Positions 49,581 through 62,899 of a DNA stretch of 64,000 nucleotides are shown in pieces. The DNA is from Felis catus (taxonomy: Eukaryota): contig NC_058369.1 in NCBI RefSeq assembly GCF_018350175.1, positions 17,610,001-17,674,000 of the forward strand, written 5' to 3'. The notes under the pieces are model-generated. The model was not told where the DNA came from. It saw only the letters and a list, made by a program, of their open reading frames with translations, and searched no databases. Each line of letters begins with the position of its first letter. Positions within the stretch are counted from its first letter, which is position 1. The position numbers and the translations under genes are program-made.

Positions 49581-51278
49581 TAAGAAAGATTTTTTTAAAG
49601 GGGCCACACTTGATGGAAAGTGTTATTTTAGGGAAAAATTTTTTTTTTTTATTTTAGGAAAAACTTTATGTGGAGGTAATATTTGAGCTGAGATATGAAG
49701 GCAGAGATGGGGTACTACAAGGGAAGATGAGGGTCACAAGCAAACAGAAGTCAAGAAAAACTTTGATATTTTTGGCCTGAGCAAGAGAATAGAATGCAAG
49801 GGGCATTCACTATGCACGGGGACACAGGAAATGTACATCCGTGGGACCAGAAAGAATATGGTTTTAAACAGGAAGTTGGACATGCCTTTTAAACATCAAG
49901 TACAAATGTTAAGGAGACAACAGGTTACGCAGTTTTAAACTCACATTAGATGCCTGGGACAGATATATAAATAGAGGAGTCATCAGTATATAGACATCAT
50001 TTAAACCAGAAACCCAGACATCCTTTTCTGGCGATGATGGAATGGTTGGTGGAAAACTCATGCTCCCATGAAAACCAGATTAAAAGGGAAATAAGATTTT
50101 AAGAAATGAATTTATATGACATCATCAGAGAGCTGCCTAGGTAACTAGGATTTGAGTGGGCAGATGTCAAAAGGAAGTGGACCAGAGTGGGAGCTAAAAT
50201 TCTTTATCTAATTTTTGCCTATTGACGCTGGACTGTTGATAATAGTGTGAGGGAGCCTGAAAACCCAGGCACACAGAGATCTGGGTAGAATTGTTGCTAA
50301 GGGTCAGAGGAGTAAGCAAAATGAAGTGGCAGACTGAAATTTGTGGATGGCATGGAAGCCAGGATTCAGGTGGCCAATATTCCAGGGAAAGGAGGAAGGA
50401 GGATGAGACTCCAACGTATGACTTGGTTTCTCCTTTCTCTGGAGGCGTTTGCCAAATTCTTGCACTGCACTGAGTAGGGGAATAAGAAGTTGGACAGAAA
50501 GCTTGGGGCACCTAGGTGGCTCAGTCGGTTAAATGTCTGGTTTCGGCTTAGGTCATGATCTCACGGTTTGTGAGTTTGAGCCCACGTCGGGCTCTGTGCT
50601 GACAGCTCAGAGCCTGGAGCCTGGTTCGGATTCTGTGTCTCCCTCTTTCTCTGCCCCACCCTGGCTTGCGCTCTCTCTCTCTCTGTCTTTCAAAAATGAT
50701 AAACATTAAAAAAAAAAAAGTTGGACAGAAAGCCTCTAAAATATCCCACAGTCTCTCAGGGCTAAAAAGGAAAACATCAAATTTCAAGACCCAACAAAGC
50801 ATAGAGACCCTTATAAATGCACTACACTTTTAGCTGGGACATCTCAAGGTGCACACCAGAAATCACATCCAGGTGATCCAGAAGTAAATGGAACCTTAAA
50901 ATACTGCAAACCTGCCTCCTGTCCTCTCAGTCCCCTATCTGATTAGGATAATCTTCCCCCTGTCTCCATGAGGAAGGGAATAAATTTACTACTTAAATAG
51001 ATCAATGGAACATAATACTGAATCCACAAATAGACCAACATATATGACGATCACCTGATTTTCGACAAAGATGTCCGTGAACTGTAACAGAGAAAGAGTC
51101 ACCTTTTCTACCCTTGGTGCTATGTCAGATGGAGTCCATACAGAAAAATTAATTCACAATGAATCCCAGATTTAAATATGAAAGGCCAGAACAATAAAGA
51201 TTCTAGCAAAAAGTAACTTTGTGGTAGGCAAATCTACCTGGAAAAGGAAAAATATAGTTCATTAAAGAAAAAATTTGA

Positions 51279-51495
51279 GGGGCGCCTGGGTGGCGCAGTC
51301 GGTTAAGCGTCCGACTTCAGCCAGGTCACGATCTCGCAGTCCGTGAGTTCGAGCCCCGCGTCGGGCTCTGGGCTGATGGCTCAGAGCCTGGAGCCTGTTT
51401 CCGATTCTGTGTCTCCCTCTCTCTCTGCCCCTGCCCCGTTCATGCTCTGTCTCTCTCTGTCCCAAAAAATAAATAAATGTTGAAAAAAAAAATTT
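51279..51495 (+). mobile_element. Young felid SINE
   Basis: Near-consensus; TSD aagaaaaaatttga. Confidence 0.95.
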
Positions 51496-52149
51496 AAGAA
51501 AAAATTTGATAAATTGAGCTTCATTAAGAAGTTGTTTATTGGGACACCTGAGTGGCTCAGCCAGTTAGGCATCCAACTCTTGATTTCGGCTCAGGTCATA
51601 ATGTCATGGTTCATGAGTTCGAGCCCTGCATCGAGCTCTGTGCTGATGGTGCGGAGCCTGCTTGGGATTCTCTCTCTCTCCCTCTCTCTCTACCCCTCCC
51701 CCACTTGCACTATCTCTCTCTCTCAAAAAATAAACACTAAAAAAATGTTTTTAATTAAAAAGTTAAAGGGGCGCCTGGGTGGTTCAGTCGGTTAAGCGTC
51801 CGACTTTGGCTCAGGTCATGATCTCACAGTTTGTGAGTTCGAGCCCCACATCCGGGCTCTGTGCTGACAGCTTAGAGCCTGGAGCCTGCTTCAGATTCTG
51901 TGTCTCCCTCTCTCTCTGCTCCTCCCCTGCTCATGCTCTGTCTCCCTCTCTCTCCTTCAAATAAAAACATTTAAAAAAATTAAAAATAAAAAAAAACTTG
52001 TTTATCAAAAGTCAGCTCTGGGGGGCACCGGGGAATTTGGGACAGTAATGAAACTGTTCTGTATGTTCATTATGGTGTTAGTTATACAACTGCAGGGTTA
52101 ACTAGGTTAATTCACTATTTCTTGGGCAGAGAAATGCTGGCTTGGCTAA

Positions 52150-52830
52150 GGGAGGAAAGAGATTCTACCCCAAAGAAGCCCCAGATCCGGGTTGCTTGTA
52201 CCATCAGAATCGGGAGGCTGAATATTCAACATGCCTCGGCATTCTGAGCTTCAATGTTTCCTTCTTCGGAAGGAAATAGAATCAGATTTTGCATGTGTCC
52301 AGTGCCCTGGCTTTTGTATCTACTGCCCGGAGGACACATCTCTTGATAATCTGGCTCTGGTGGCCAGTGGGGCTTATGTTCACAGGTTCAACAGGACAGG
52401 ATCAAAGAAATAAACAGTTCTCCCCTGGCTGTCACCCCAGGGCTCAACCCAGAGGAAGCAGACAGAAAGGTCCATCTACCCCTGAAAGAGGTATATTTGT
52501 ACATGTTTAAAAGCTGCTGCCTGAGGGTCAGGCTTCCAATCAGCCTGAATCTAGATGCTGACTGAGATCCTCCCCTTCGGGACACTGACAGGTCCTGGCA
52601 CACCCTCAACTACTAGGAGCCACTAAAAATAAAACAGGCTACTTGGACAATCACCAAGGTTTGAGAGACAACCAAGAGATAGGGCAGGGTTGGCTGATAA
52701 GGTTAATCCTACACCAAGCCAAGACCGGGAGAGGTAGCTGTTTTCTCTAATGCATAGAAACCAACACAGAGAGGATGTGTTCCAAACAAAAGAACAAGAC
52801 CTTAATGAAACGAAGATAAGTGATTTACAT
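52150..52830 (+). mobile_element. Carnivore L1 5' UTR and ORF1-start fragment
   Basis: tagaaaccaacacagagag...tgttccaaacaaaagaacaagac...taatgaaacgaagataagtgatttac. Confidence 0.6.
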
Positions 52831-52997
52831 GATGGGGGGCGGGGGAAGTGGAGGGACAAACGGAGAGTGCCTTGCATGCTTACAACGTCCTTTTACTGCA
52901 CATTTGTTATACGGACACAGGGACCCATAGGCTGGATGCAGGTAGAATGAAGAACCCTGAAGAAATTGCAGGAATGCCTAATCAGAGAGAGAATAAG

Positions 52998-53001
<4 letters not shown>

Positions 53002-53046
<45 letters not shown>
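53002..53046 (+). repeat. (GA)n microsatellite
   Basis: Seen directly. Confidence 0.95.
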
Positions 53047-53049
<3 letters not shown>

Positions 53050-53719
53050 TGAGACAGAGTCAGTTTGAAATCACCATTCCCACCTTACAGAGGGTATGGG
53101 CAGGCAGCAACCCAAAAATCAGTTCTAACATTCAATGTCCTGGACCATTAGAACTGGAAGGAGGCTTGTCACCAAATTCCAGTCCCATGTGCTGTTTTGT
53201 TTTTTGTGTATTTTGTCCTTTTATTGATTTCACACTGAGAGGCTTTTAAAATTTTAGAGGCGGTGGGGGGCGCCTGGGTGGCTCAATCAGTTAAGTGTCA
53301 GACTCTTGGTTTTAGCTCAGGTCATGATCTCATGGTTTGTGAGTTTGAGCCCCATATCGGCTTCATGCTGACAGCACGGAGCCTGCTTTGGATTCTTTCT
53401 CTGCTCCTCCCCCACTCGTGAGTACTCTCCTTCTCTCTCAAAATAAATAAACAATAAAAAAATAATAAAATAAAAATAAAATTTTAGAGAGGGTTAGACA
53501 AAGGAGATATTAGAATGGAGTGATTTTGGGCACGTCTATTTGACTATAAGTGTATTCAAACCATTTGTGTAGTTATGTATACTATACCCTATATTTATTT
53601 ACACTATATATTTATAGTGTTTACACTGGGAAACTTAAGATTTTTCCACAAGTGTTGTAGATATTTATTTATTTTGTTTTTGTTTTGCTTTAGGAATTCT
53701 CTGAATTCTCTGAACTTTA

Positions 53720-54385
53720 AAAAATGCCAGTATAATTAACATACAGTGTTATATTAGTTTCAGATGTACATTAAAGGCATTCAACAATTCCATATGTTAC
53801 TCAGTACTCAGTAAGTACTCTTGCTCCTCTTTGCCTATTTCACCCGTCCCCTCCCTCCCCTCTGGTAACCACCAGTTTGTTCTCTATATTTGAGAGTCTG
53901 TTTTTTGTATCTCTCCCCCTTTTTTCATCTGTTTCTTAAAATTCCACATATGAGTGAAATCATATGGTATTTGTTTTTCTCTCTGACTTATTTCACTTAG
54001 CATTATACTCTCTAGATCCATCCATGTTGTTGCAAATGGCAAAATTTCATTCTTTTTTTTTTTTAAGGTCGGGTAATATTCCATTGTATATACATCTTAT
54101 ATACCATATCTTCTTTATCCATTTGTCTATGGCTGGACACTTGGGCTGCTTCCATATCTTGGCTATTGTAAATAATGCCATAATAAACATAGGGATGCAT
54201 ATATCTTTTCAGATTAGTGTTTTTGTTTTCTTTGGGTAAATACCCATTAGTGGAATTAGTAAATCATAAGGTCGTCCTATTTTTAATTTTTTGAGGAACC
54301 TCCATACTATTTTCCACAGTTTGCATTCCCACCAACAGGGCACAAGGGTTCCTTTTTCTCCACATCCTCGACAACACTTGTTTTT
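53720..54385 (-). mobile_element. Carnivore L1 3' end
   Basis: Peptide NEILPFATTWMDLESIMLSEISQ. Confidence 0.9.
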
Positions 54386-56459
54386 TATTTCAGGCTGGCA
54401 AGTGTGCAGTCCCAGGTGTTATTTGTCCAAACATGAATATATTTGAAGACAATTTAGGATGTATATCAAGGTCTAATAAATTTGAACATACATTTTTTTG
54501 TTGGTATTAAAGGTAGTGAATAGTCAAGAGCTTGTTCATTCACTTGAATTCAGCAAACCAAAACACAGATTGTATTTTATTTATTTTTAATGTTTATTCG
54601 TTTTTGAGAGAGAAAGAGAGAGAGACAGAGCATGAGAGGGGGAGGGGCAGAGAGAGAGGGAGACACAGAGACCAAAGTAGGCTCCAGGCTCTGAGCTGTT
54701 AGCACAGAGCCTGATGTGGAGCTCGAACTCATGAACCTTGAGACCGTGACTTAGCAGACTGCTTAGCAGACTGAGCCACCCAGATACCCCCAAAGATTGT
54801 GTTTTAATTTTATAATTAGTAAAATGGCATAGTTCAGGGAAACTGACTTAGAAAGGACTTGAATGAATTATTGATATGAAAGATATTGTAAGACTCCCTT
54901 TATCTCTCTTGAAACCAGGATTTTTTTCCCTTTATAACAGTTTATTTCTCTTCAAACCACATTCTCTTCAAACCAGTTTCCTATGAACCTAATTCAACAG
55001 AACGAAAAATATGTCTCCCCATAGTTGTGAGGTTTGTACTTTATCGGCCTGTCAGTGTGAAGTTTCCCAATGCAAATTCTGAGGAAGAGGACATTTATCC
55101 CAGAAAAGCCCAGTCTGAGGGCACCTGGGTGATTCAGTTGGTTAAGCCACAAACTTCAGCTCAGGTCATGATCTTGAGGTTCATGAGTTTGAGCCCCATG
55201 TCGGGTTCTGTGCTGACAGCTCAGAACCTGAAACCTGATTCAGATTCTGTGTCTCCCTCTCTCTGTGCCCCTCCCCTGCTCACACTCTCTCTCTTTTACT
55301 CACTCTTTCTCAAAAATAAACATTAAAACATTTTTTTTAATTTAAAAAAAGAAAAAGGAAAGCCCAGTCTAGTTTTGGATAATAGAGTAGATATCATTGC
55401 AGGAAAAATGGTGCTGCTGAGGACCACTACTGTGGGTCAGGCGGAGGCAGCCTGACCCAGTTTACAGGGGTCATCACCGTTGAGCCTCAGACAGGAACTC
55501 ATAGAAAATACTGGAATCAGGGACGCCTGGGTGGCTCAGTTGGTAAAGCATCTGACTCTTGGTTTTGGCTCAGGTCATGATCTCACACTTCATGAGTGCA
55601 AGCCCCGTGTCTGGCTCTGTGCTGACAGTGTGGAACCTGCTTAGGATTCTCTCTCTCCCCTCTCTCTGCCTCTATCCCCTTCATACTCTGTCTCTCTCTC
55701 AAAATAAATAAACTTAAGGGGCACCTGGGTGGCTCAATCAGTTGAGCATCTGACTTTGGCTCAAGTCATGATCTCACGGTTTGTGGGTTCAAGCCCTTCA
55801 TTGGGCCCTGTGCTGACAGCTCAGAGCCTGCAACCTGCTTTGGATTCTTTGTCTCCCTCTCTGTCTTCCCCTCCCCCACTCACACTTGTCTCTCTCTCTC
55901 TTTGTCAAAAATAAATAAACGTTAAAAATTTTTTTAATAAATAAATAAACTTAAAAAATTAAAAAAAAAATCAGTTGTTAAGTTCTTGGAAGAAAAGTAT
56001 TGGGTCACAAGAGAAAGGCACCACCTGTGAGAGCCATCTCAGATAAGCCCTGTGCCCTTAGCACAGGCCTCTGTGGCCCATGCTTTCTCCTTCCTCTGGA
56101 AAGTGAAATGCACAAAGGTAGAAACCCAGGGGGTGTGTTGGTGCTGGGAGATAGGCCGTGCTGGTCAGATTCGATGTCTCAAAATAGACATATAAACGTG
56201 CCAACCTGATTCCCTACCCCAGTGATTTGGAACTTGGAGGGTGTCAGTCAAAATTTCCTAGAGAGTCTTGACAAGTTCATCAGCACCTAGAGCTGCCCCG
56301 GATCCTGCACTTTCAGTTCACAGTGCAAAAGAAAAAAGGTGTTGTCGAACACGTTGACACAATGAACACAATGAATAGGCGAGTGCAGGGAGGGATGCCC
56401 TCAGCTCATGGATCTGGTCCCAGAGGAGGCCCAAGTGGAGGGCCACCTCCCTGCGAGTG

Positions 56460-56565
56460 CATGCACCTGCAGGCTGTTTCCATCAGAGCCAGATGAGCTG
56501 CAGGTGGAAATCCTCCCGAGTGCTGCAGACTTGGGCCAGGCCTTTAAATTCAGAGCAACTGGAGA
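56460..56565 (+). promoter_or_regulatory. Candidate FBXW12 proximal promoter with clustered E-boxes
   Basis: CACCTG at 56464, CAGATG at 56490, CAGGTG at 56501, TTTAAA at 56543 and CAACTG at 56556, all within 140 nt of the ATG. Confidence 0.4.
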
Positions 56566-56603
56566 GGAGAAAGGAGACTGGATGTAGGCTCAGGCTGTGC
56601 AAG

Positions 56604-56693
56604 ATGGCGCTCCAACTGCCTGATCTGCCGACATTAAAAATCTTCTCTTTCCTGGACGCGTTCAGCTTGCTCCAGGCTTCCCAAGTGAACAGG
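56604..56693 (+). CDS. FBXW12: FBXW12 first coding exon (F-box)
   Basis: MALQLPDLPTLKIFSFLDAFSLLQASQVNR, F-box LP..(K)IFSFLD motif; Kozak-like AAGATGG; donor AGG|gtaaat. Confidence 0.92.
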
Positions 56694-57320
56694 GTAAATG
56701 TTCTCCACGATCCGCTCTCTGTCTGACCCGCCCCACCCCCACACCTCTCCACAAGTCCTTGCACAAGAACCCTTTCACCTCGGTCTCTCAGCTTTGAGAG
56801 CTTGGCTACGCGAGCCTTATACCCACACAGCCTCCCTCTTTGCTTAAATTTACCTTGTTCGGGCCCGTCCGCTCAGCTCCCAGAGATCAATGTCCCTGGA
56901 TTTTAGTTGCTTCTCTTGACCAGTTTGAGCCCCCATTTGCAGAATAATGGAGTGGTACCTTGTGTGTTGGGGGTTAGCATCCTTCCCCTCCGAGGGCCTC
57001 CTGTTTTGTTAAATGAAAAGGACACACTGATACCCAGGAGTTGCTGTACTGACTAAATGGTCCTTGCGGCCCCCATTTCAAGCTCCAAAAAGTCCCCATT
57101 TCTCCCTCCAAACTCTCACAGGAATCCCAAGGGCCTGTCTTAGCCTTGACGGACCTCTGCTGTCACCCTGTCCCCATCCCCCCAGACGGGGAGGGCCATG
57201 AGAGCCGAGATGCTGGCTGGTGAACCAGTGTGGGCCTTGCAACCAGAACAAATGATAGCAGAGGAGCAGCCAGCCTTTGGGGACTGACTGCCTGCTCACC
57301 CCTTCCTTTCTCCCCCTCAG

Positions 57321-57358
57321 GAATGGAATAGAGTTGCCGAGAACGATCACCTGTGGAG
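57321..57358 (+). CDS. FBXW12: FBXW12 coding exon 2 (end of F-box)
   Basis: ccccctcag|EWNRVAENDHLW(R)|gtgagc; 38 nt, phase 0 to 2. Confidence 0.9.
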
Positions 57359-57577
57359 GTGAGCAAGGCAAGGGCAAGGCGGGAAGGCAGGTGTGTCTCA
57401 TGGGGGAAGACGATTGGATTGCGTACCAAGGAGGCCTGCGGGTGGCCCTGTCTCGAGAGGCGTGAGTGACGCTCACAGAGAGGGAGGGGTTCGTGAGACC
57501 AGTGCTCCCGAGGAGGTGGACTGACTGGGGGGCAGCCTGGGGTGGGGGTGGGGGTGGTGTTATGACTCTGTTTCCAG

Positions 57578-57735
57578 AAACCTGTGTCTGAAGAAATGGA
57601 GCTTCTGCAACTTCTCCAAGTGCCTGGGCTCACAGACGTGGAAACAATTCTTCCTCAAACAAACAAAGCAGGAGTATCAGATGGCCTTGGCGCAACCAGA
57701 GGACTTTATCTTCAAAGAAGCAACTGGGAACCTCG
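57578..57735 (+). CDS. FBXW12: FBXW12 coding exon 3
   Basis: tttccag|(R)NLCLKKWSFCNFSKCLGSQTWKQFFLKQTKQEYQMALAQPEDFIFKEATGNL(G)|gtatgg; 158 nt, phase 2 to 1. Confidence 0.9.
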
Positions 57736-58550
57736 GTATGGGGGTAGGAGGAGCCTAGAGGACCGTGACAAACTTGTTTTAAGAAATGCGCCATTTTCTC
57801 CCTGCCCCCCCCCCCCCCCCCCCACTCCCTGTTTTCATTCAGTGAGGAGAAAGAAGATTAAAACTTGGTGGGACTGGGCTGCGGTGGTAGCTGTCCCTGG
57901 TCTCCCTGCTTCTTCTCTTGTCCCCCGTGGTCACAAGATCAGATCAGGCCCTGTGAGGACCCCCTTTCTCCGCAGACTTCCCATCCCTCCTAGGATAAAA
58001 ATTTTAAACAAAAAGGAAACTTAAATAACAGAAGTTCTGTTTGCTTTATTCCTAATACCTCTTTTATTTTTATTTTTATCTTTTAAATGTTTTATTTTTG
58101 AGAGTGCGCGAGAGCAGGGGAGGGGCAGAGAAAGGGAGACAGAGGATCCAAAGAGGGCTCTGTGCTGACAGCAGCGAGCCCAGTGTAGGGCTTGAACTCA
58201 TGAATCATGAAATCACGACCTGAGCTGAAGTTGGACACTCAACCGACTGAGCCACCCAGGTGCCCCATCCTAGTACCTCTTTTAAAACTCAGAACAGTTC
58301 TCTGATGGTGACGTTTTTATCCCCATTTTATATCTATGGAAACTGAAATGAAGGAGAAAAACCAATTGGCCAGTGTCTCCCAAATGGCCAGTCTGCAATG
58401 GGAACCCATTTTTGGAGGACTCTGAAGGCCACCCAACTTCTTCTCTTCTCCAAACTCTCCCAAGAGGGTGCAGGAAAACTTACAATTATCTTTCCAGAGT
58501 TCTTTATTTGACTGCATCATCCCTCGAGTATTGTCTGTGTTTCCTTCTAG

Positions 58551-58669
58551 GAATCATAGGACCTATGGCTTATCTGTCAGGAAATGGCCCCACGATGGGT
58601 GGACAGGAGAAGTCCATCATTTGTACCGTGTCATCCAAGCACGTGCTTTATGCCTGGGATGTGCAGGAG
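58551..58669 (+). CDS. FBXW12: FBXW12 coding exon 4 (start of WD40 region); the next expected exon was not seen, so the gene presumably continues beyond the window
   Basis: ccttctag|(G)IIGPMAYLSGNGPTMGGQEKSIICTVSSKHVLYAWDVQE|gtgagt; 119 nt, phase 1 to 0. Confidence 0.9.
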
Positions 58670-59589
58670 GTGAGTCTGGCCGAGGAGCACAGGTAATGTA
58701 TTCCCGTGTCCGTCTTCCATGCAGGAAATGGGTGCTGGGGAGAAACGATACTAGGAAATGGTGCCAGGAACAGAGTTTCAGAGCAGGTCTTCTAATTGGT
58801 AATCTGTGACCTTTTCATCTAGTCTACAGACACACACAGAAAATTCATTTTTTAATGTGTGTTTCTAGATATAAATGTGTGCAAGGACTTAATTTCTTTT
58901 GGTAACGTGGAATGACTGTGAGAGAAACTTTGGGCGCTGGGCATCTTCACTATCTATTCTCCCCCCTTCCTGTCAACTGTTGGCACTTGTTACGTTGGAT
59001 TTTTCAGAAAGCGGTCTCTAACTCCGATCACTGCCAAGGAGTACAACAGTCTTACATATCAGGATTAGTAAAAGTAGTGCAAGAATCACTGGATAGGGAA
59101 TGGGAAAATCCCAACATGGGGCCCAAATTTTTATATTTTCTTGGCTTGCCCTGTTTGGACTTCTCTTTTCTCCCTGTAAAAATTATTCTTTGGGGTATCT
59201 GGATGGCTCAGTCATTTAAGCATCTGATTCTTGATTTGGGCTCTGATTGTGATCTCATGGTTTGTGGGTTCAAGCCCCATGTCGGGCTCTGCACTGACAG
59301 TGCAGGGCCTGCTTGGGATTCTCTGTCTCTCTCTGTCTCTCCCCTACCTCCTCTCCCCACTCATGCGCACACACACTCTCTCTGTCAAAATAAACTTTAA
59401 AAACCTACATAATGCTTCTTTGTCACACAGGGTCTTCTAGAGTATGACAAATACCTCTTTATGAATACTTGAGGTGGTAGGAGAATGATGAACTAAAAGT
59501 CTAGAAGGATGCTCCTAAAGTCACACAATGTTCTATGCCCATTACATCTCAGTAAAGCTGAGAAGATAAACCAGAAAAGTACACTCTTG

Positions 59590-62360
59590 CATAACTTGCT
59601 CTTAGGGAAACCAGTCCCACGTCCCTGAAGCCCAGTGGATGATGATCCATGTGGCAAAGAGCTTGGGCCTTCTGCCAACAGCCAACACTAGCTTGCAGTC
59701 ACATGAGTGAACCATCTTGGAAACTGATCTTCAATCCTTCAGGTTATTGTATCCCCAGTCAACATGTTGCAACCTAGCAAGGAACCCTAAACCAGAGCCA
59801 CTCAGTGAGTTGACTCCTGAATTGTTGACCAACAGAAGCTGTAGGAGATAAGTGTTTATTGCTTTGAGCTGCTAGGTCATTTGTTAGGTAGCAGCAACCG
59901 GTAACAGGGTGGATTTTTTGTTTTTGGGGTGTGTGTGTGTGTGTGTGTGTTTGGTTTTTGTGTGTTTTTGTTTTTTGTTTTTTTGTTTGGAGTGATAGCG
60001 TGTGCACATGAAAGGGCAGGGACAGAAAGAGAATCTTAACTTTTTAAAAAAATGTTTATTTTTGAGAGAGAAAGAGGCTGAGTGTGAGTGGGGGAGGGGC
60101 AGAGAGAGAGAGGGAGACACAGAATCCACCGCAGACTCCAGGTTCTGAGCTGTTAGCACAGAGCTTGATGCAGGGCTCGAGCCCACAAACCATGAGATCA
60201 TGACCTGAGCCGAAGTCAGATGCTTAACCAACTGAGCCACCCAGGCGCTGAGAGAGCATGAGAGAGAGAGAACCTTAAGCAGGCTCCACACTCAGCATCG
60301 AGCCTGACACTGAGTTTGATCCCACAACCCTGGGATCATGACCTGAACTGAAATCAAGAGTCAGACTCTCAGACGACTGAGCTACCCAGGCATCCCCAGA
60401 TAAGTTTTTACTACCTGGAAGTAGGGTGCTGCCATAACAAAAATTTAAGATGTGGAAGAAGCTTTGGAATCAGGCAGTGGGAAGAAGCTAAGAAAGCTCT
60501 GAGGAGAGTTTTGGACCTTGGAGAGACTGTTAGCAAAAACCTAATTGGCTGCCGTGAGGTTGCCAGTGAAGACACACAGGAAAATGTAAAAAGTGTTATT
60601 GGACACTGGAGGAAACCGGGTCCTTGCTACATAGCTGCGGAAGGTTGAGCAACACTGTCACCCAGGGTAACGTGGAAACTAGCAAATATATCCACTGAAT
60701 TGAATGATCTTGCTCAGGAGAATTCCAGGCAGAATGCTGAAGGCTGGCTGCTGCTTGCTGCTTGGAGCAAAACACAAGAGTAAGAGGGAGAGGATAAAGT
60801 GAGGGCTGTCAAATAAAAGGGAGCCAAGGATTGCTGGTTCTCAAAATTCACAGCCTTTCAAGATGGGAAATGACGTTAAAACTTAAGTCAACTCCAAGCA
60901 AGATCAATCCATGGCAGTGTCTGTAAACCATACTATAAAGGTGAAGTCAAAGGGGTGACTGCAAAATTCTTTCTTTTTTAAGTTTATTTATTTTGAGAGC
61001 AAGAGAGTGAGCGAGAGTCAGGGAGGAGCAGAGAGAATTCTAAGCAGGCTCCACGCCGTCAGTGCAGAGCCTGATATGGGGCTTGATCTCAAGAACAGTG
61101 AGATCATGACCTGAGCCAAAATCAAGAGTCGGACGCTTAACCAACTGAGCCACCCAGGCGCCCATAGCCCCATTCTTTTTTTAGACCACGGAAAGATCCA
61201 AGTGGAGTGCCTCAGAGCTGTTGAGACAAGCACTGGACCTCTAAGTTTGCCCTTGGCAGCCCAGGGTATCAGAGAATTATCTCCAAGACTTGTGAATGTG
61301 GCTCTTGTCTGATGACATAAACTCAGTAAGTTTCTTTGGAGACCCACAGAGTTTTTCAGAGACTCCTACTGACAGAAAGGCTGCCAGCTTGAACTTAAAG
61401 AGATTGAGATATCGTAACAGGAGAAGAGGACTTGGAATCCTGAACTTTTACAGGGAAGAAGCTGGATCCAAAAACCACTTCCCTGAAAAATTGGACCACT
61501 GTATATGGAAAGGGCAGGAGAACTCAGAAGACAGAGCCAAGAGTCCTGAAGAATCTCTCCCAGGCCTTGAATCCCAGTCAACGTACTACCAGCATGTTCT
61601 CTATTGGATCTCAAATTTTCTGTGTAGCAGTGGTTCCCACCACCCTACCCCCATTTCCTCCCCCTTTATTTTTTTTGGATGAGAGGGTCTATAATGTTAT
61701 CCTTACCTATAATACCCTACTCTTGTATGTTGGGGCTGGAGGAATAGAAAGATAACTTGTATATTTAGTTCAAGGTTTTCACATCAAGATGAACTGAGTC
61801 TAAAGAGCCTCTTATTAAACCATGAGATCCTAGATTTTGAGATGATGCTGTAATGGTGAACTATTTGGGGGCACTGGGGAGATGGTGAGTGTATTTTGCA
61901 TGTAGGCCAGAGGTGACTATTAGGGACTGCAGGTGGACTGTGTCAGCCAGCCTCTAAGATGTCCCATGTTCCCGATTTTAGGTAGGCCACTCCATACTGA
62001 ATAGGGCTGGCCTTTGTAACCAATTGGATATTGTGGGAATGGTGTGTGACTTCTGAAGCTACGTCACAAAAGACACTTCCTCTCTGAGTCATTGGTTCTT
62101 AGAAAACCAGCCAATAATGTTATGAGAACCCTTAAGAAGTCCTCCAGAGAGGTCTGTGTGGTGAAGTACTGAGGACCACCAGTAGCCAGCACCAACTTGC
62201 CAGCCATATGAGTGAACCATCTTGAGTTTCGTCCTTATGCAGCCAGCTTCAACCTCCTAAGAGACCCTGAGTCAGAACTACCTAGCCAAGCTGCACCTGA
62301 ATTTCTAACAGCAACTGAGACAACAAAAACTTCTGTTTTAATCCACCCAATTTTTTTGGA
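59590..62360 (+). mobile_element. MaLR (MLT1-like) LTR-internal-LTR element in an FBXW12 intron, SINE-interrupted
   Basis: Two similar LTRs (both with tgagtgaaccatcttg) flank MaLR internal sequence (gtggaagaagctttggaatcaggcagtgggaagaagct). Confidence 0.8.
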
Positions 62361-62899
62361 GAGGGCTTATTTTTAAAAAGACTTATTTCTTTAAAATTTT
62401 TTAATGTTTATTTATTTTTGAGACAGAAAGAGACAGATCATGAACGGGGAAGGGGCAGAGAGAGAGGGAGACACAGAATCTGAAGCAGGCTCCAGGCTCC
62501 AAGCTGTCAGCACAGAGCCCGACGCGGGGCTCAAACTCATGGACCGTGAGATCATGACCTGAGCCCAAGTCGGAAGCTCAACCGACTGAGCCACCCAGGT
62601 GCCCCTGGAGAGGGTTTATTTTTTACTTATTTTGCTTATTTTTTTAAAAAAATTTTTTAACGTTTATTTATTTTTGAGACAGAGAGAGAGCATGAACGGG
62701 GGAGGGGCAGAGAGAGAGGGAGACACAGAATCTGAAACAGGCTCCAGGCTCTGAGCTGTCAGCACAGAGCCCAACGCGGGGCTCGAACTCACAGACTGAG
62801 AGATCATGACCTGAGCCAAAGTCGGACGCTTAACTGACTGAGCTACCAGGCGCCCCTTTACTTATTTTGCTTATTTAAAAAAAAAAAAAACAAAAAACA

